In this document: piece by piece, positions 8,760 through 19,300 of the stretch
Layout of the letters: the number at the start of each line of letters is the position of its first letter
How positions within the stretch are numbered: the stretch's first letter is position 1
From: an uncultured virus (IMG/VR IMGVR_UViG_3300025280_000025)
Lineage: Duplodnaviria > Heunggongvirae > Uroviricota > Caudoviricetes
Strand: one strand, 5' to 3'
IMG/VR virus record: IMGVR_UViG_3300025280_000025
Length of the DNA stretch: 22,679 bases
Notes under the pieces: generated by a model
Told to the model about the DNA's origin: nothing
What the model saw: the letters and a program-made list of their open reading frames with translations, nothing else
The model's database searches: none
Made by a program: the position numbers and the translations under genes

Positions 8760-10003
8760 TGGCTTGGCAAGGTTACGATGAAGAATCTGAAGGATTTAAC
8801 GCAGATGATTATATGAGCGATTTAGAAGAGCTCATGTCAGAAGGGGGAGGTACTACCATGGGAGGTCTTTGGGAAGCTTTAAAGAGTGATTACGGTAAAA
8901 CACAAGACCAATGGAAAGAATCCATGGGCAGGTATGACGACTATTATAAAGAACGTGCTGGACATACCGAGAGAACCCAAGAGAGATGGGATACTTATAT
9001 GGGGGGATTAGAGGAGACCTATGGTAAACATAGGGAAGCGGTAGAAGATTGGTCTGGGATGATGGAGGACCGAGCAGGTCAAGCCGAACAAAGAGGGGAA
9101 CAATATGCGGATAGAGTTAGGGGCATAGTCGGGGAAGGTTCGGAGATGGCTAGAACAATGCAAAAAGCATCTACGGCTAAATTTGAAGAGTTAGAACAAG
9201 AAATGAAAGATTATAGTACTGCTTCTATTTCAGGTCTTGTCAGAGGAACTACGGCAAGAGAACGATCAAGATCTATGCAAGCACAAGATGAAGCACGAAG
9301 ATCAGGTGCCCCTCAAAGTGTTATAGATCAAATTGGTTATGAAAGCGAAAGAGAAATTTCTGAAAGTCTGCAAGGAGCAATTGCATCTTCAGCACAACAA
9401 TGGCAAGAGTCGCTTCAAGTAGCGGGTCGAATGACAGCAGGTGCTTATGGTCAAGAAGCAGGACTAGAAACAAATCTTATGGGAGTAGAACTAGCCTCAG
9501 AAGATGCAATTTTTCAAGGTCAAATGCAGTCATCTAATACAGCAACAGATTTATTAATGAACGCACAAGGTCAAAGAGTATCAATGGAAAAAATGATTGC
9601 GGATCAAATGAACACAGCAAAACAAGAGGAAATGGTAGCCGTTGCGAATGCTGAGATATTTGAGATGGAGGGTATGAAAGAATATGCACAACTTATGGCA
9701 GATAATCCTGCAGTTAAAGCAGCATCTGTTCTTTCAACTCTTTTGGGTTATCAAAGTATGCCGGGGTACGATAGGTTATCTAAAATAAGAGCTCCTGGAA
9801 GCGAACAAAAAAGAAATGCAAATGAAAATAGAAAAGCCCTGAAAGGATATAGAGAACCTCAAGGAGGGTGGGGTTTTGATATGAGTTCAGTAGATCCTCA
9901 AAGACTTGAACAAGCAATTAGATCGTGGAGGGTACGCGGTAATTATGATATCTCCGGAAGAAAATCAAGTTTAAATGAGTGGTTAAGCCGAAAATTCGGA
10001 TAA
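8759..10003 (+). CDS. Helical E/Q/A/M-rich protein, putative internal virion (ejection) protein
   Basis: 414 aa, coiled-coil-like, no Cys, TAATG overlap, follows the tail hub gene. Confidence 0.55.
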   Translation: MAWQGYDEESEGFNADDYMSDLEELMSEGGGTTMGGLWEALKSDYGKTQDQWKESMGRYDDYYKERAGHTERTQERWDTYMGGLEETYGKHREAVEDWSGMMEDRAGQAEQRGEQYADRVRGIVGEGSEMARTMQKASTAKFEELEQEMKDYSTASISGLVRGTTARERSRSMQAQDEARRSGAPQSVIDQIGYESEREISESLQGAIASSAQQWQESLQVAGRMTAGAYGQEAGLETNLMGVELASEDAIFQGQMQSSNTATDLLMNAQGQRVSMEKMIADQMNTAKQEEMVAVANAEIFEMEGMKEYAQLMADNPAVKAASVLSTLLGYQSMPGYDRLSKIRAPGSEQKRNANENRKALKGYREPQGGWGFDMSSVDPQRLEQAIRSWRVRGNYDISGRKSSLNEWLSRKFG

Positions 10004-10013
10004 GGAATAAAAA

Positions 10014-12266
10014 ATGGGATTCGAAGCAGTAGATCCACAAGTATTAGAAGCTCAAAGACTGACAGCAGCAAACCAAGCAGAGGAGGCAAGGCTTGGTCTT
10101 CAAGCACAACAGATTGCAAACGCTGCTGCTGCTGATGCTGCTCGGGCTCAACAAGCACAAAATACTCTTGAGGCTACTGAACGTAATGCGGAAGCACAAC
10201 GCGCTGCTACTCTTCGTGGTCAGGAAATGACACAGCGAGGATTTGATAAGCAGAGAGCATTTGAACAAAAGAATATTGATCAACAAAGATCAGATGACCT
10301 TAAGTGGAAGAAATATGAGACTCGGAGGGATGCATTGTTAAGGAAGTATGGAATGCAATCGGTTAACAATAATGCAAACCGAAGCAATACATTTAACTAT
10401 CAAGCACATAGTCTTGCTTCTAGTTACCCCTCTGGAGTCGCTGGAACTAGAGACCAAAAACAACAGTGGTTAGAGGAGATAGCCCAATTAAGGAAAGACT
10501 ATTTACAAGATGTATCAGATAATGCATTTGATACAACTTTAAAACAACGGGCTCTTGAACGAGACATGGGAACACTTGATACTTCAATTCAAGACATGTG
10601 GGCAATACTACAACAAAGGGTACAAAAAGGTTTGCAAGTGGGGCAAACAGCTTTAAATGTAACTGCTGGTTTTGGTAACTCTATCATGGATAATACGGAA
10701 GCATGGCACAACATCCTTTTGAATATGGATATGGAAGGTGTTACGACATCTAAAGGTAAAGGAATTGGTGCATGGTTTCAACGAAAGTTCCAAGACATAG
10801 AGGATTTTGATCCTTGGCTTACTGCTATGATTGGAGCACCTGCTGGTGGTGGTGGAATCCAAGTTCCTTCGGGAACATCAGCGGAATCTCTAGCGGGTTA
10901 CGATGAATTTTGGAAAATATTTAAAGGTTATGATACGAGGGGAGCAAGAAAAGGCGAAGGGGGATTAATAGCAAAAGGTGAACAATTAGTATCCCTAGTT
11001 AATGGTTGGCGATCAGCAGAAGAAGAACAAGTTAGAAGTGGACTTTTGGATATGGGTTTTAGTACAACTCAAATTGATGATGCAGGTCTTGGTGGTGGTG
11101 CCGCATTTCAAGAAAGTATGGCTAATCTTCAAGGGGTTTCTCAAGAAGATTGGAATGAAGCTAGGCTTGTAGGTGCTATGGAAAGATTGGGAATGAGTCC
11201 AGAACAAATTGAAGCCGAAGGTCATTCAATGTCTACTCGTAATTGGGTTGATGGTGTGGTTGAAGGTACTACATGGAATCCTTTATTCCATCCTGATACG
11301 ATAAGAGATATAACAGGAAATATAGGGGGAGACTATATCCGTCCCGTTGCTTTTAATACTTTTGGGCAAGAGGAGATAATGTCAGGTAAGGCAGTAAGTG
11401 GTGAAACATCTTTTTTGAGGTATGCGGGACAATTGGCTCAATACTGGAATGCTACTAGTCCGGGAATGGGAGATAATGTTTTGTCTGCTGTTAATTCCTT
11501 TCTGAAGTTCCAAGCAGCGAATGAAACTCCTGCTGCAATGAAAATAATGCGAGAAGAAATGGGCGAAATTGCTAGTCGTGATGGAGGTATTGCATTTCAA
11601 GTTCTAGATGCAATGGCTGATAGTTGGGGAAATGAAATTAGGTTTTCAGCAGCAGGGGATCCCACGATGACTTCTAGAACAATAATTCAAAATGCCAAGG
11701 ACGGGGGATTTGGACTTGACGATGAGAGTGAAGAGGCAATTGAAGAATTTAATAAGTCTGCAACTCAGTTACAAGACATGATGGGGAAATTCGCTGGTGC
11801 TTGGAATACCGCTATTGGGGGTGGTTATGGGGGGGCTGATATTTTACAAGACTCGTTCTTAGATTCAGCGATAAATACTTTTATTGCTAAAAACCCCGGC
11901 ATGACACCGGGGAATATTCCTGATGATATTGTAGATAAGATAATGGGTGCTGCAAAGAAAGCAGTTGGTGGTACTATGGCAGGGGCTCCTGAAGGTGTGG
12001 CTGAAGCTTTTGCAGCAAGAATGCTTGAGGGTTTAGACACCTCACTCTTAGAACAATCAGGACAATCCGCAGTTGATATTACTGCTGAGTTAGAAAAACT
12101 TGTCCGATCAGCAGAACAAACGGAACTGGATTATGCTTTTGATCAAGGGGATATGAGTTTACTTCACACTCAAGACTCGGCTACATCAGAAGCAGAAATG
12201 GAAGGCGAACTAGGACTTTTAGCGGATGAATTTTTTGGAGGTCCTGCGACTTCACCTTCACCATGA
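10014..12266 (+). CDS. Putative internal virion (pilot/ejection) protein, 750 aa
   Basis: N-terminal A/Q-rich helix with ATLRGQEMTQ, a pilot-protein-like pattern. G/A-rich helical body, no Cys, SD AAGGA upstream. Confidence 0.55.
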   Translation: MGFEAVDPQVLEAQRLTAANQAEEARLGLQAQQIANAAAADAARAQQAQNTLEATERNAEAQRAATLRGQEMTQRGFDKQRAFEQKNIDQQRSDDLKWKKYETRRDALLRKYGMQSVNNNANRSNTFNYQAHSLASSYPSGVAGTRDQKQQWLEEIAQLRKDYLQDVSDNAFDTTLKQRALERDMGTLDTSIQDMWAILQQRVQKGLQVGQTALNVTAGFGNSIMDNTEAWHNILLNMDMEGVTTSKGKGIGAWFQRKFQDIEDFDPWLTAMIGAPAGGGGIQVPSGTSAESLAGYDEFWKIFKGYDTRGARKGEGGLIAKGEQLVSLVNGWRSAEEEQVRSGLLDMGFSTTQIDDAGLGGGAAFQESMANLQGVSQEDWNEARLVGAMERLGMSPEQIEAEGHSMSTRNWVDGVVEGTTWNPLFHPDTIRDITGNIGGDYIRPVAFNTFGQEEIMSGKAVSGETSFLRYAGQLAQYWNATSPGMGDNVLSAVNSFLKFQAANETPAAMKIMREEMGEIASRDGGIAFQVLDAMADSWGNEIRFSAAGDPTMTSRTIIQNAKDGGFGLDDESEEAIEEFNKSATQLQDMMGKFAGAWNTAIGGGYGGADILQDSFLDSAINTFIAKNPGMTPGNIPDDIVDKIMGAAKKAVGGTMAGAPEGVAEAFAARMLEGLDTSLLEQSGQSAVDITAELEKLVRSAEQTELDYAFDQGDMSLLHTQDSATSEAEMEGELGLLADEFFGGPATSPSP

Positions 12267-12589
12267 ATTGGAAAAAGATATCTAGTAAATTAGTTGATGA
12301 CCATGCTAACAATGGGTCTGCTGTTATTACATTAGACCCCCACTCTGAAGGGGTCTTAGTTAATTTGTCCCACGATGAATTTTGTCTGGCAGAAAAAGGT
12401 AAAGATTTAAAAGTTAAAAGTGTTCGTAAGTTCTTGTGGGAGAACAGGAAGAAGCGTGCACTTCAACGAGAGAACGCTGCTATCTGGTCTTCCTACATGC
12501 CCGACGAAGATAAATCCTATATGGGAGTGGGGGCTTTAACTAGTGAAAAGGTTGCTAAAAGAATGAAGGAGGTAACAGATGCCTCGTGA
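12263..12589 (+). CDS. Hypothetical alpha/beta protein, 108 aa
   Basis: ATGA overlap with the upstream gene and overlap with the downstream start; fills the gap exactly. Confidence 0.7.
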   Translation: MNWKKISSKLVDDHANNGSAVITLDPHSEGVLVNLSHDEFCLAEKGKDLKVKSVRKFLWENRKKRALQRENAAIWSSYMPDEDKSYMGVGALTSEKVAKRMKEVTDAS

Positions 12590-14318
12590 TGTAACCGGAC
12601 AAGTTATCCAAGTTGCTAAAGGAACACCTGCTCAAGGTGAGAAGAAGAAGAAGAAAAGGAGCAGGAGACTAACCTCAAAACAAATGGGTAAGTATCTTAG
12701 TGGAGGTACAGGTGCAGCAAGTGCTGCTGCAGCCGAGATGAGACTCACTCACTATTTAACCCCTTTCTTACAATCCGGGCAAAAACTACTTCCTGAACAT
12801 ATCAGTGTGTTATATGACGACATCATACATTTGGAATATGCGTATCGTGGTTGGCAGCCGGGAGCTTCTAGAGGTATTGAGTTTGGTAAATATGCAGGTC
12901 ACGAATCTATTATGCCGGGTGGACGAGTTTCGGCTCTTAGTCCCCAAGGAAAGGTTCTGCAAGATGTTCTACCTTTATCACAACAGAGATCTGTAGTTGA
13001 TCCTACTGCATCTATTGTTGAGGGTCCAACAACTAAGGATGTTACATATAGAGGTAGAGCCACACCTGCAGGAACACAAAAAAGATATGCTCGTTCGAAA
13101 ACAGTAGCGTTGCCTTTAGATAGACCCGCACTAAAGGCTATCGCCACAAAAAGAGGCAAACGCGGGGGGTTTAAAAGACCTCAAGTTGGAGATGTTACTA
13201 GAGAGAGTCTCATTAGATTAGTTCCAGGCACCACAGAATCTGCAGCGAATATAAAAAGAGGTGGTCAGGCAGTAGGAATGTATGCAGACTACATGGCTTT
13301 GGAGAAGGGTCTTGCAGGAATGGTGATACCTACTGCGGAAGAACTTTATACTGTATGGAGTCAAGAGTATCTTGCATCACTACCAAAAGCAGCAGCAGGA
13401 GTCGGTCCGGGCATGGTTCCACCAAAAGGTAAGAGTGTTCCGAAAGTTAGTTCTACTGTAGTAAATGAGACGTTGGAGCAGATATGGAAATCTGCTCAGG
13501 ATGAAGTAGGGATTTTAACTGCTAAAAGAGATCGCATGGCAACATCTCTTAACAGAATTCTTAGATTACCAGAATCAACTTGGCTAGGACATGCGGTTGC
13601 TAAAGCAGGTAACCCCGTTCTAACTAAGGAAGTAAGTTTCTATACTTCCGGCAGAATGTCAAAGGAATCTGCAAGAGGAGCATATGTAGGAGAAATACTA
13701 TTAGCAGAAGGATCTGCAACAGGTAAGCCCACAGCATCTCAAATTCAACGAGGAGCTGCAGCAGCAAGAGAACTAGAACCCGCTAAGAGAAAGGTAGCCA
13801 TGGAAACAAGGCTGGGCGAGTTACGGGCTGCGGGAGCACCACAAGGACAACGACAAGGTCCTATTACTACAAGACCACGGGCTCCACATCCTTTAATGTC
13901 TATGGGAGCAACCCCGGGAGAGCCTATTATTCCACAGGGAGTCGGACAACCACGACCAGGACCACAAATGTATGATCCTAATGTTCCTAGACCACCAGTC
14001 GGGATTCGTCCAGACCCCAGTCAAATGGGAATGGCAGTAGAAGAAGCGGGCAGAAGAGGACTTCTTGCAGAAAGAGCACAACAGATTACTGCTCAACATG
14101 CTGGAATGCCAGAACCAGTTAAAGGGTCAATGCCATGGAAAGCAGGTAAAGGAATAGAAAAGGCACCTAACATATTCCAGAAGCTAATGAGTGGGGGTCC
14201 TCATCAGTCAGGAGTTAAAGCTACTAGTAATCTTAAGATGTTACTACCTCTGTTAATCCTTATGGGATTATTTGGTGGTGGCATGTCAGCAATGGGAGGG
14301 GAACGAAATGCCGCCTGA
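12579..14318 (+). CDS. Basic, Pro/Gly-rich protein with C-terminal hydrophobic helix; putative internal virion protein
   Basis: Strong SD AAGGAGG. EKKKKKRSRR patch, P/Q/G-rich linker, C-terminal MLLPLLILMGLFGGGM. Confidence 0.6.
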   Translation: MPRDVTGQVIQVAKGTPAQGEKKKKKRSRRLTSKQMGKYLSGGTGAASAAAAEMRLTHYLTPFLQSGQKLLPEHISVLYDDIIHLEYAYRGWQPGASRGIEFGKYAGHESIMPGGRVSALSPQGKVLQDVLPLSQQRSVVDPTASIVEGPTTKDVTYRGRATPAGTQKRYARSKTVALPLDRPALKAIATKRGKRGGFKRPQVGDVTRESLIRLVPGTTESAANIKRGGQAVGMYADYMALEKGLAGMVIPTAEELYTVWSQEYLASLPKAAAGVGPGMVPPKGKSVPKVSSTVVNETLEQIWKSAQDEVGILTAKRDRMATSLNRILRLPESTWLGHAVAKAGNPVLTKEVSFYTSGRMSKESARGAYVGEILLAEGSATGKPTASQIQRGAAAARELEPAKRKVAMETRLGELRAAGAPQGQRQGPITTRPRAPHPLMSMGATPGEPIIPQGVGQPRPGPQMYDPNVPRPPVGIRPDPSQMGMAVEEAGRRGLLAERAQQITAQHAGMPEPVKGSMPWKAGKGIEKAPNIFQKLMSGGPHQSGVKATSNLKMLLPLLILMGLFGGGMSAMGGERNAA

Positions 14319-15303
14319 TTATTTTCAATTACAACAATGGGCTAAAGAGAATGGTGTAAAGGCTAACCAGAAGAAGGCTGTTCTACAAAGACTTTTTGAT
14401 AAGGCTCAAAAATTAACTGCTAAGCATCAATCAAAAGCACAAGCATGGGCTGCTGCTCAAATGGCTAAGGCAGGTACTTACGGAGAAAGACTCGAACGAA
14501 GACAGCGAAGCGACAGAGTAAGAACTCCTCAACGAGCTAGAAATCCTCAGGTTGGGTTGAAGGGTTTTTTACCGCCACCACAACAAGGTCCAATATTGGG
14601 TCCTCATCCTTTTATTGGTCCTCAACCTATGGCAGGAGCACAAACCGCAGCACCCGCAGCAACTGTAGCGGGACAAGGTCAGTGGTCTCCGGGTAGAGGT
14701 GAACGTACTATTCCTAGAGGAGCCAATTGGGATAGTCCAACAATAGAAAAAAGAACGAAGACGAGGTGGTGGCAGAAGAAGGGAAAACCTAATGAGGTTC
14801 GTCGTCCAATTGGTACTTATCCCGGTGCTCCTTCTGGGGGTGTTGATCCTAGTAAAACATTGGTTCCATATGATCCTAAAGTAGCAGCAAAGAATGCAAA
14901 GGGAGCCCTTAAATGGACTAGGTTCCTTGGTCCCGCAGCGAACACTTTATTCTTAGGGTTGATGCTATATGATATTATGAGAAGAGGGGGTGGGTTTGGT
15001 GCACGTTCAGAACAACAACGAAATGCTCTTGCTGTTATGCAAGGTGGGCTTGTTCCCGGTATGCAGCAAAGGTCTGCTGTGTCTAATGATATATCACGCA
15101 TGCAATTAGGTGTAGATGAAATGGAGAGATTGGGAAGTTTTGCTAGATACAAGAAACAGGGTATGGGACAAGCACAAAACTTTATGTCTGAGCAATTAGA
15201 TAATATAGTAGCAACGAAACAATCACGGTTAGCAAGAGCCTCTTTTATGCCTCCAGATGTTCAGGATCATCTGGCTAATTTAGTTAATACAGGAACTTTC
15301 TAA
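14308..15303 (+). CDS. Basic protein with N-terminal SAP/HeH-like motif and a hydrophobic helix (331 aa)
   Basis: Start re-assigned to ATG 14308 (GGAGG at 14295-14299). YFQLQQWAKENGVKANQKKAVL motif, Pro-rich middle, FLGPAANTLFLGLMLYDIM. Confidence 0.6.
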   Translation: MPPDYFQLQQWAKENGVKANQKKAVLQRLFDKAQKLTAKHQSKAQAWAAAQMAKAGTYGERLERRQRSDRVRTPQRARNPQVGLKGFLPPPQQGPILGPHPFIGPQPMAGAQTAAPAATVAGQGQWSPGRGERTIPRGANWDSPTIEKRTKTRWWQKKGKPNEVRRPIGTYPGAPSGGVDPSKTLVPYDPKVAAKNAKGALKWTRFLGPAANTLFLGLMLYDIMRRGGGFGARSEQQRNALAVMQGGLVPGMQQRSAVSNDISRMQLGVDEMERLGSFARYKKQGMGQAQNFMSEQLDNIVATKQSRLARASFMPPDVQDHLANLVNTGTF

Positions 15304-15851
15304 TGCCACTAGCAGGTGCGTTCTTAAAAGCAGCAAAATATTTAGGGGAGGGTGCTTTTCCTGCTTCTCGTGCTATTGGTAGGGGAGGTGCTGCTGTTGC
15401 AGATAAAACCCAAGGTTTAATTACGGGTATGAGTGCAAGGGGAATGAAGATTAACCCTTATATGGCGGGTCCGGCTGCATACTTTGGAACGACGTTTACT
15501 AAGGATGTCATGGTAGATCCTATTATGGAAGGATTCACAGAGAATCCTTATTCAGATGCTATTCAAGCTTCTAAGGAAAGATACCGTGGACAGCAGATGG
15601 CCCTTAGAACTAGATTAGAATATGAAAATTTACAGAGAAGGATGCAACAAGCAACCATGAGACTTGCTGTAGCCGACCCACATCTCTATAATGAAGTCAT
15701 GGCGGGTAGAAGCCTTCCCAAAGACGCTGTAGTTTTTGGGGGTCAACCCCGTACAGATTTAATGGAAGAACTGGCTATGAGTATGGCTCAAGATCAGTTC
15801 AAAGAACCTCCATCGGCTCAAGATGAGTTGATGCAAGAACTTGGAGTTTAA
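15303..15851 (+). CDS. Hypothetical helical protein, probably virion-associated (182 aa)
   Basis: TAATG overlap, G/A-rich N-terminus, Q/R/M-rich helix. Confidence 0.6.
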   Translation: MPLAGAFLKAAKYLGEGAFPASRAIGRGGAAVADKTQGLITGMSARGMKINPYMAGPAAYFGTTFTKDVMVDPIMEGFTENPYSDAIQASKERYRGQQMALRTRLEYENLQRRMQQATMRLAVADPHLYNEVMAGRSLPKDAVVFGGQPRTDLMEELAMSMAQDQFKEPPSAQDELMQELGV

Positions 15852-15853
15852 TT

Positions 15854-16276
15854 ATGGCTGGTGAAGCCCCTCTACCCATTCAAGAATGTCCTGACCTTAT
15901 CTGTCATACAATATCAATTCCAGTCCCAGATGCGGTTTGGGATGACGGTGCTGTAACAGCAGAAGGGCAATTCCTTTTTTACTGTGAACGAGATACTATT
16001 GTAGATGCAGCTCATTTTATATGTAATGTGACTGATGCATCAGGTGATATAACTTTAAATACCGGATCAACTGGTGTTGCTTCTGCAGGTAGTGCGATTA
16101 GTTCTGTACTAACGCCTGGTGCTACAGCAGGTGTACCCCAAGCCTTTACAATGACTGAGACAGCGAACTTGATTCCTGCAGGTAATTGGATTGGTGTTGA
16201 ACATGATGGTGATGCTGATTCAGCAGATCTCGTTGGTGTTATGATTCAAATTCGTCTCCGCACACGACAACGTTAA
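15854..16276 (+). CDS. Small beta-sandwich structural protein (decoration/cement-like), 140 aa
   Basis: SD GGAG. Alternating beta strands, A/G/T/S-rich, ends GVMIQIRLR, followed by a hairpin. Function is inference. Confidence 0.5.
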   Translation: MAGEAPLPIQECPDLICHTISIPVPDAVWDDGAVTAEGQFLFYCERDTIVDAAHFICNVTDASGDITLNTGSTGVASAGSAISSVLTPGATAGVPQAFTMTETANLIPAGNWIGVEHDGDADSADLVGVMIQIRLRTRQR

Positions 16277-16297
16277 TCCTTTTTGAGTCGAGGATAC

Positions 16298-16330
16298 AAC
16301 CGGGCAGGTTCCGTGCCTGTCCGGTTTCTC
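16298..16330 (+). terminator. GC-rich stem-loop, probable intrinsic terminator or attenuator
   Basis: AACCGGGCAGG-ttccgtg-CCTGTCCGGTT: 11-bp stem with one G-U pair and a 7-nt loop. U-tract is weak (TTTCTC). Lies in the only sizeable gap of the + block. Confidence 0.6.
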
Positions 16331-16331
16331 A

Positions 16332-16337
16332 TATAAT
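16332..16337 (+). promoter_or_regulatory. Candidate -10 box for a leaderless transcript
   Basis: Perfect TATAAT 7 nt before ATG 16345, no SD, no convincing -35. Confidence 0.4.
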
Positions 16338-16344
16338 CAATTAG

Positions 16345-19300
16345 ATGGAATATCAAGCATCTCCATTTGAACCGATTCGTACCTTTGATATACCGGGGGT
16401 TGCACTTCACCAATTCTTAGAGGGTACGGCAACTCCAAGTTCTCTGTGGAATTTAACGGTTCCTTCTAAGAGAGCGAACCTTACTCCACAAGAGCAACTC
16501 TCCCTAACAGAAAAACTTAAAAATGAATATGGGGGAGACAATCGTGCCTTAAGAACCATGATTGGTATTGCCACTAACCCGTGGGTGTGGTTGGGGTTCG
16601 CGTTTTCTCCTGCAGGTGTTGATGCTTTAAGAGCAGGACGAAGTGTGTTTGGTTCCGGACGACATGTGGCTAAATACATTAATAATAATGGTACTTTTCT
16701 TGATCACTTGGGAGGTTCTACTTTTAGACATATATCCGACAATACAAAGTTGGCGGTTGGTGCTGAAGCAGATGCCCTTCAAAGAGCAAAATTTTTGAGG
16801 TATGCGGATGAAGATGAAGCAGAATTTCTCGTTAAGTATTATTCAGATCCCGCAAGAAAAGAGAGACTTACAAAATTAGGATTTAAAGAAGCACCTAGAA
16901 ACTTAGAAGAAATACTTCAAGTAATGGCTAGGAGTGAGGGATTGGCACACCCTAAAAAGTTTACCCCTCGCATCTTTGATCCTAGGTACAAACCTCGAAA
17001 AGAACATGAGGGATTGGCTAACGACATTAGAAGACTTGTGGCTATTGGATTAAGTGGTAGGCAAAGAGCTACCAAAGAAATCCTTAGTGAATTGCAGATG
17101 GGTACTTACTATGTTATGAAGGAAGCAGACTTGACTAAAGGTCAAAAGTTCCTTGATGGCTTAGGGGCCGAAGTAAAATATAAAGGTCCGGGTAGATATG
17201 CAATTCCTTATCAGGAATATGAAACCCTTCATATTAAGAATCAAGCATTAAAGAAGGCAGGAAAAACGGAAGGTCTGCATGACATATACATGGATCCTGA
17301 TGAGATCAAGATCATGCATGAAACAATAGAGTTACCTCCTCTAATGGATGAAGCCAAGTTTAATGCTTTGGCTAATGATGAAATTAAAGCAATCATTGGC
17401 TCTAAAAGAAATGTATTAGACAAAGCAGTTACTCGATTGATGGGTGATGAACAAGAAATGGCGAGGGTTTTAGGTAGAGAGTTTAAGTTGAGCGAGAGAA
17501 AATTAACCACTCTTATCTCTGCTCTTGATGGTACTGAGGGTGCCAATCTTTTCTTGAAAGGTTCTATGGAAGAGTTGGTTCAACCCGGAATGCTTAATGC
17601 TAAGGGTTCGGATATTCTTGCTACGCTTTTGAACAGAGAAGTTCATCAGTATAGAATGTCTACCTTTACTAAGAAAGAAAATTTGATGAGGCTTTTGGAG
17701 GGTTCCCTTTTACCTTCCTTTAGTGAGGGTAACTATCTTCCAAGAAACACTTTTAAGTCTGCTGGTTCAGACGCACTTAGTAGTGAATATGTACTTAGAG
17801 GTGCCACAGATACTTCAAGTCTAGCTGAAACAAGTAGACTTATGAATAGAACTATTGGTTCTAGAAGATTACATCCCGAAGATTATGAGTGGTTGATTAA
17901 TCACTCACGACAATCTGTTGCTGCTAATCCAAGCACACATAACAGAGCCGTCCTAGAGGGGTTACTACACGATCAAGATAAAGTAATCAAGGCTATAGGT
18001 AAGAATGAAGAGATGGGAATTGAATCTTTGTTTTTAACTCTTGATGGTATAAACTCTACGGAGAGATACTTAAAAGACTCTTCGGAGATGTGGTCTAGAT
18101 ATCTTCCTCACCTTATACAAGATCCTATGGGTACAGGTAGATTAATGCACGACCCAGCAGTATACGGAAAACTTAGAGCCCTAGATAATACTATTAAAAG
18201 AACACCTGAAGGAATGAGATCAAGTGAGGGTGTCCCTCTAGGTGATATCTTTAAGGCTAAGACTCCTTGGAGAGCACCTGCTGATTGGGTAGAGGGAAAA
18301 GAAATAGCGTATTTTACTGACACTTTAGATGATCTTATGTCTGGAAACAAAAGACATCTTCAACCTGCAGGAGGTATTACCCTAGCAGATATCATGGGTA
18401 ATGATTGGGTTGCATTTAAGAACAATCACGCTAAAGGATTTTTTAGAGATACCTTACTACCTCACATGTCAGGAAGACTTAATCCTCAACAAGCTTCAAT
18501 GAGATCGCTTCAAGCTACGACCCGAGCACAACTAGAAACCTTTGCAGAAAGTAGATTGGGAGAAACTATTAGATCTTGGGGTAAACCCGGTGAAGACTTT
18601 ATTGATGGGTTATTGGATATGTCTCAAACTAGAAGCATCTCGGGATCTTTGGCTAAGGGTTTGTATGTAGGATTTTTAGGGGTCAACATGTCCAGTGTAA
18701 TGTTGAACTTAATGCAACCTCTACTACACGCCACGATGTTTGGTGGTCTTGATAATGTCCTACCTGCCTACAAAGATGCATTCTTAGAGATCATGGATTA
18801 CGGGGCACAGAGAATGAAGTCTGGAAAACTAATCATCTCTGATCGTGAGAGAGCAAGGGCTATGGAGAAGTCCTTTGAGTTTGTTGATTCTCTTGGCATG
18901 TCTCCAGATGTTTTCGGTAGTATTGATATTGCTTCTTATGCAGGGACCCAACGTTATGGAGTAGAGAGCGGGTTAAAATATGCAACCCAAAGTCTTCCGA
19001 TGAAGCTCTTTGAAAAAGCAGAACTTCTTAACCGTAATGTTGCTGCCCACACAATGAAGAGGATGTATCAAAAAGCGGGAAGAAAAGTACCTACTGCTGC
19101 TGCGGGTAAATGGAGTAGTACCGAAGAAGAATTCTACCGATTCCGTAATGATGTAGATACCTTTGTTCAAGAGACACAATTTGGTGGTACCCCCATCAAT
19201 ATGCCTACGGCTTTTATGGGTGAGGGTCCTTTAGGTAAAGCACTTAGTAACCCCTTGGGTCGTCAGTTTTTAAGTTTCCCTACCCGTGCCTTTACTTCTT

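Noticed and set aside
12640..12660. AAG trinucleotide run
   Set aside because: Simply encodes the poly-Lys patch; in frame, with no sign of phase variation.
16935..17018. 12-bp direct repeat TGAGGGATTGGC (EGLA twice)
   Set aside because: Only two short in-frame copies within a coding region, with no boundary significance.
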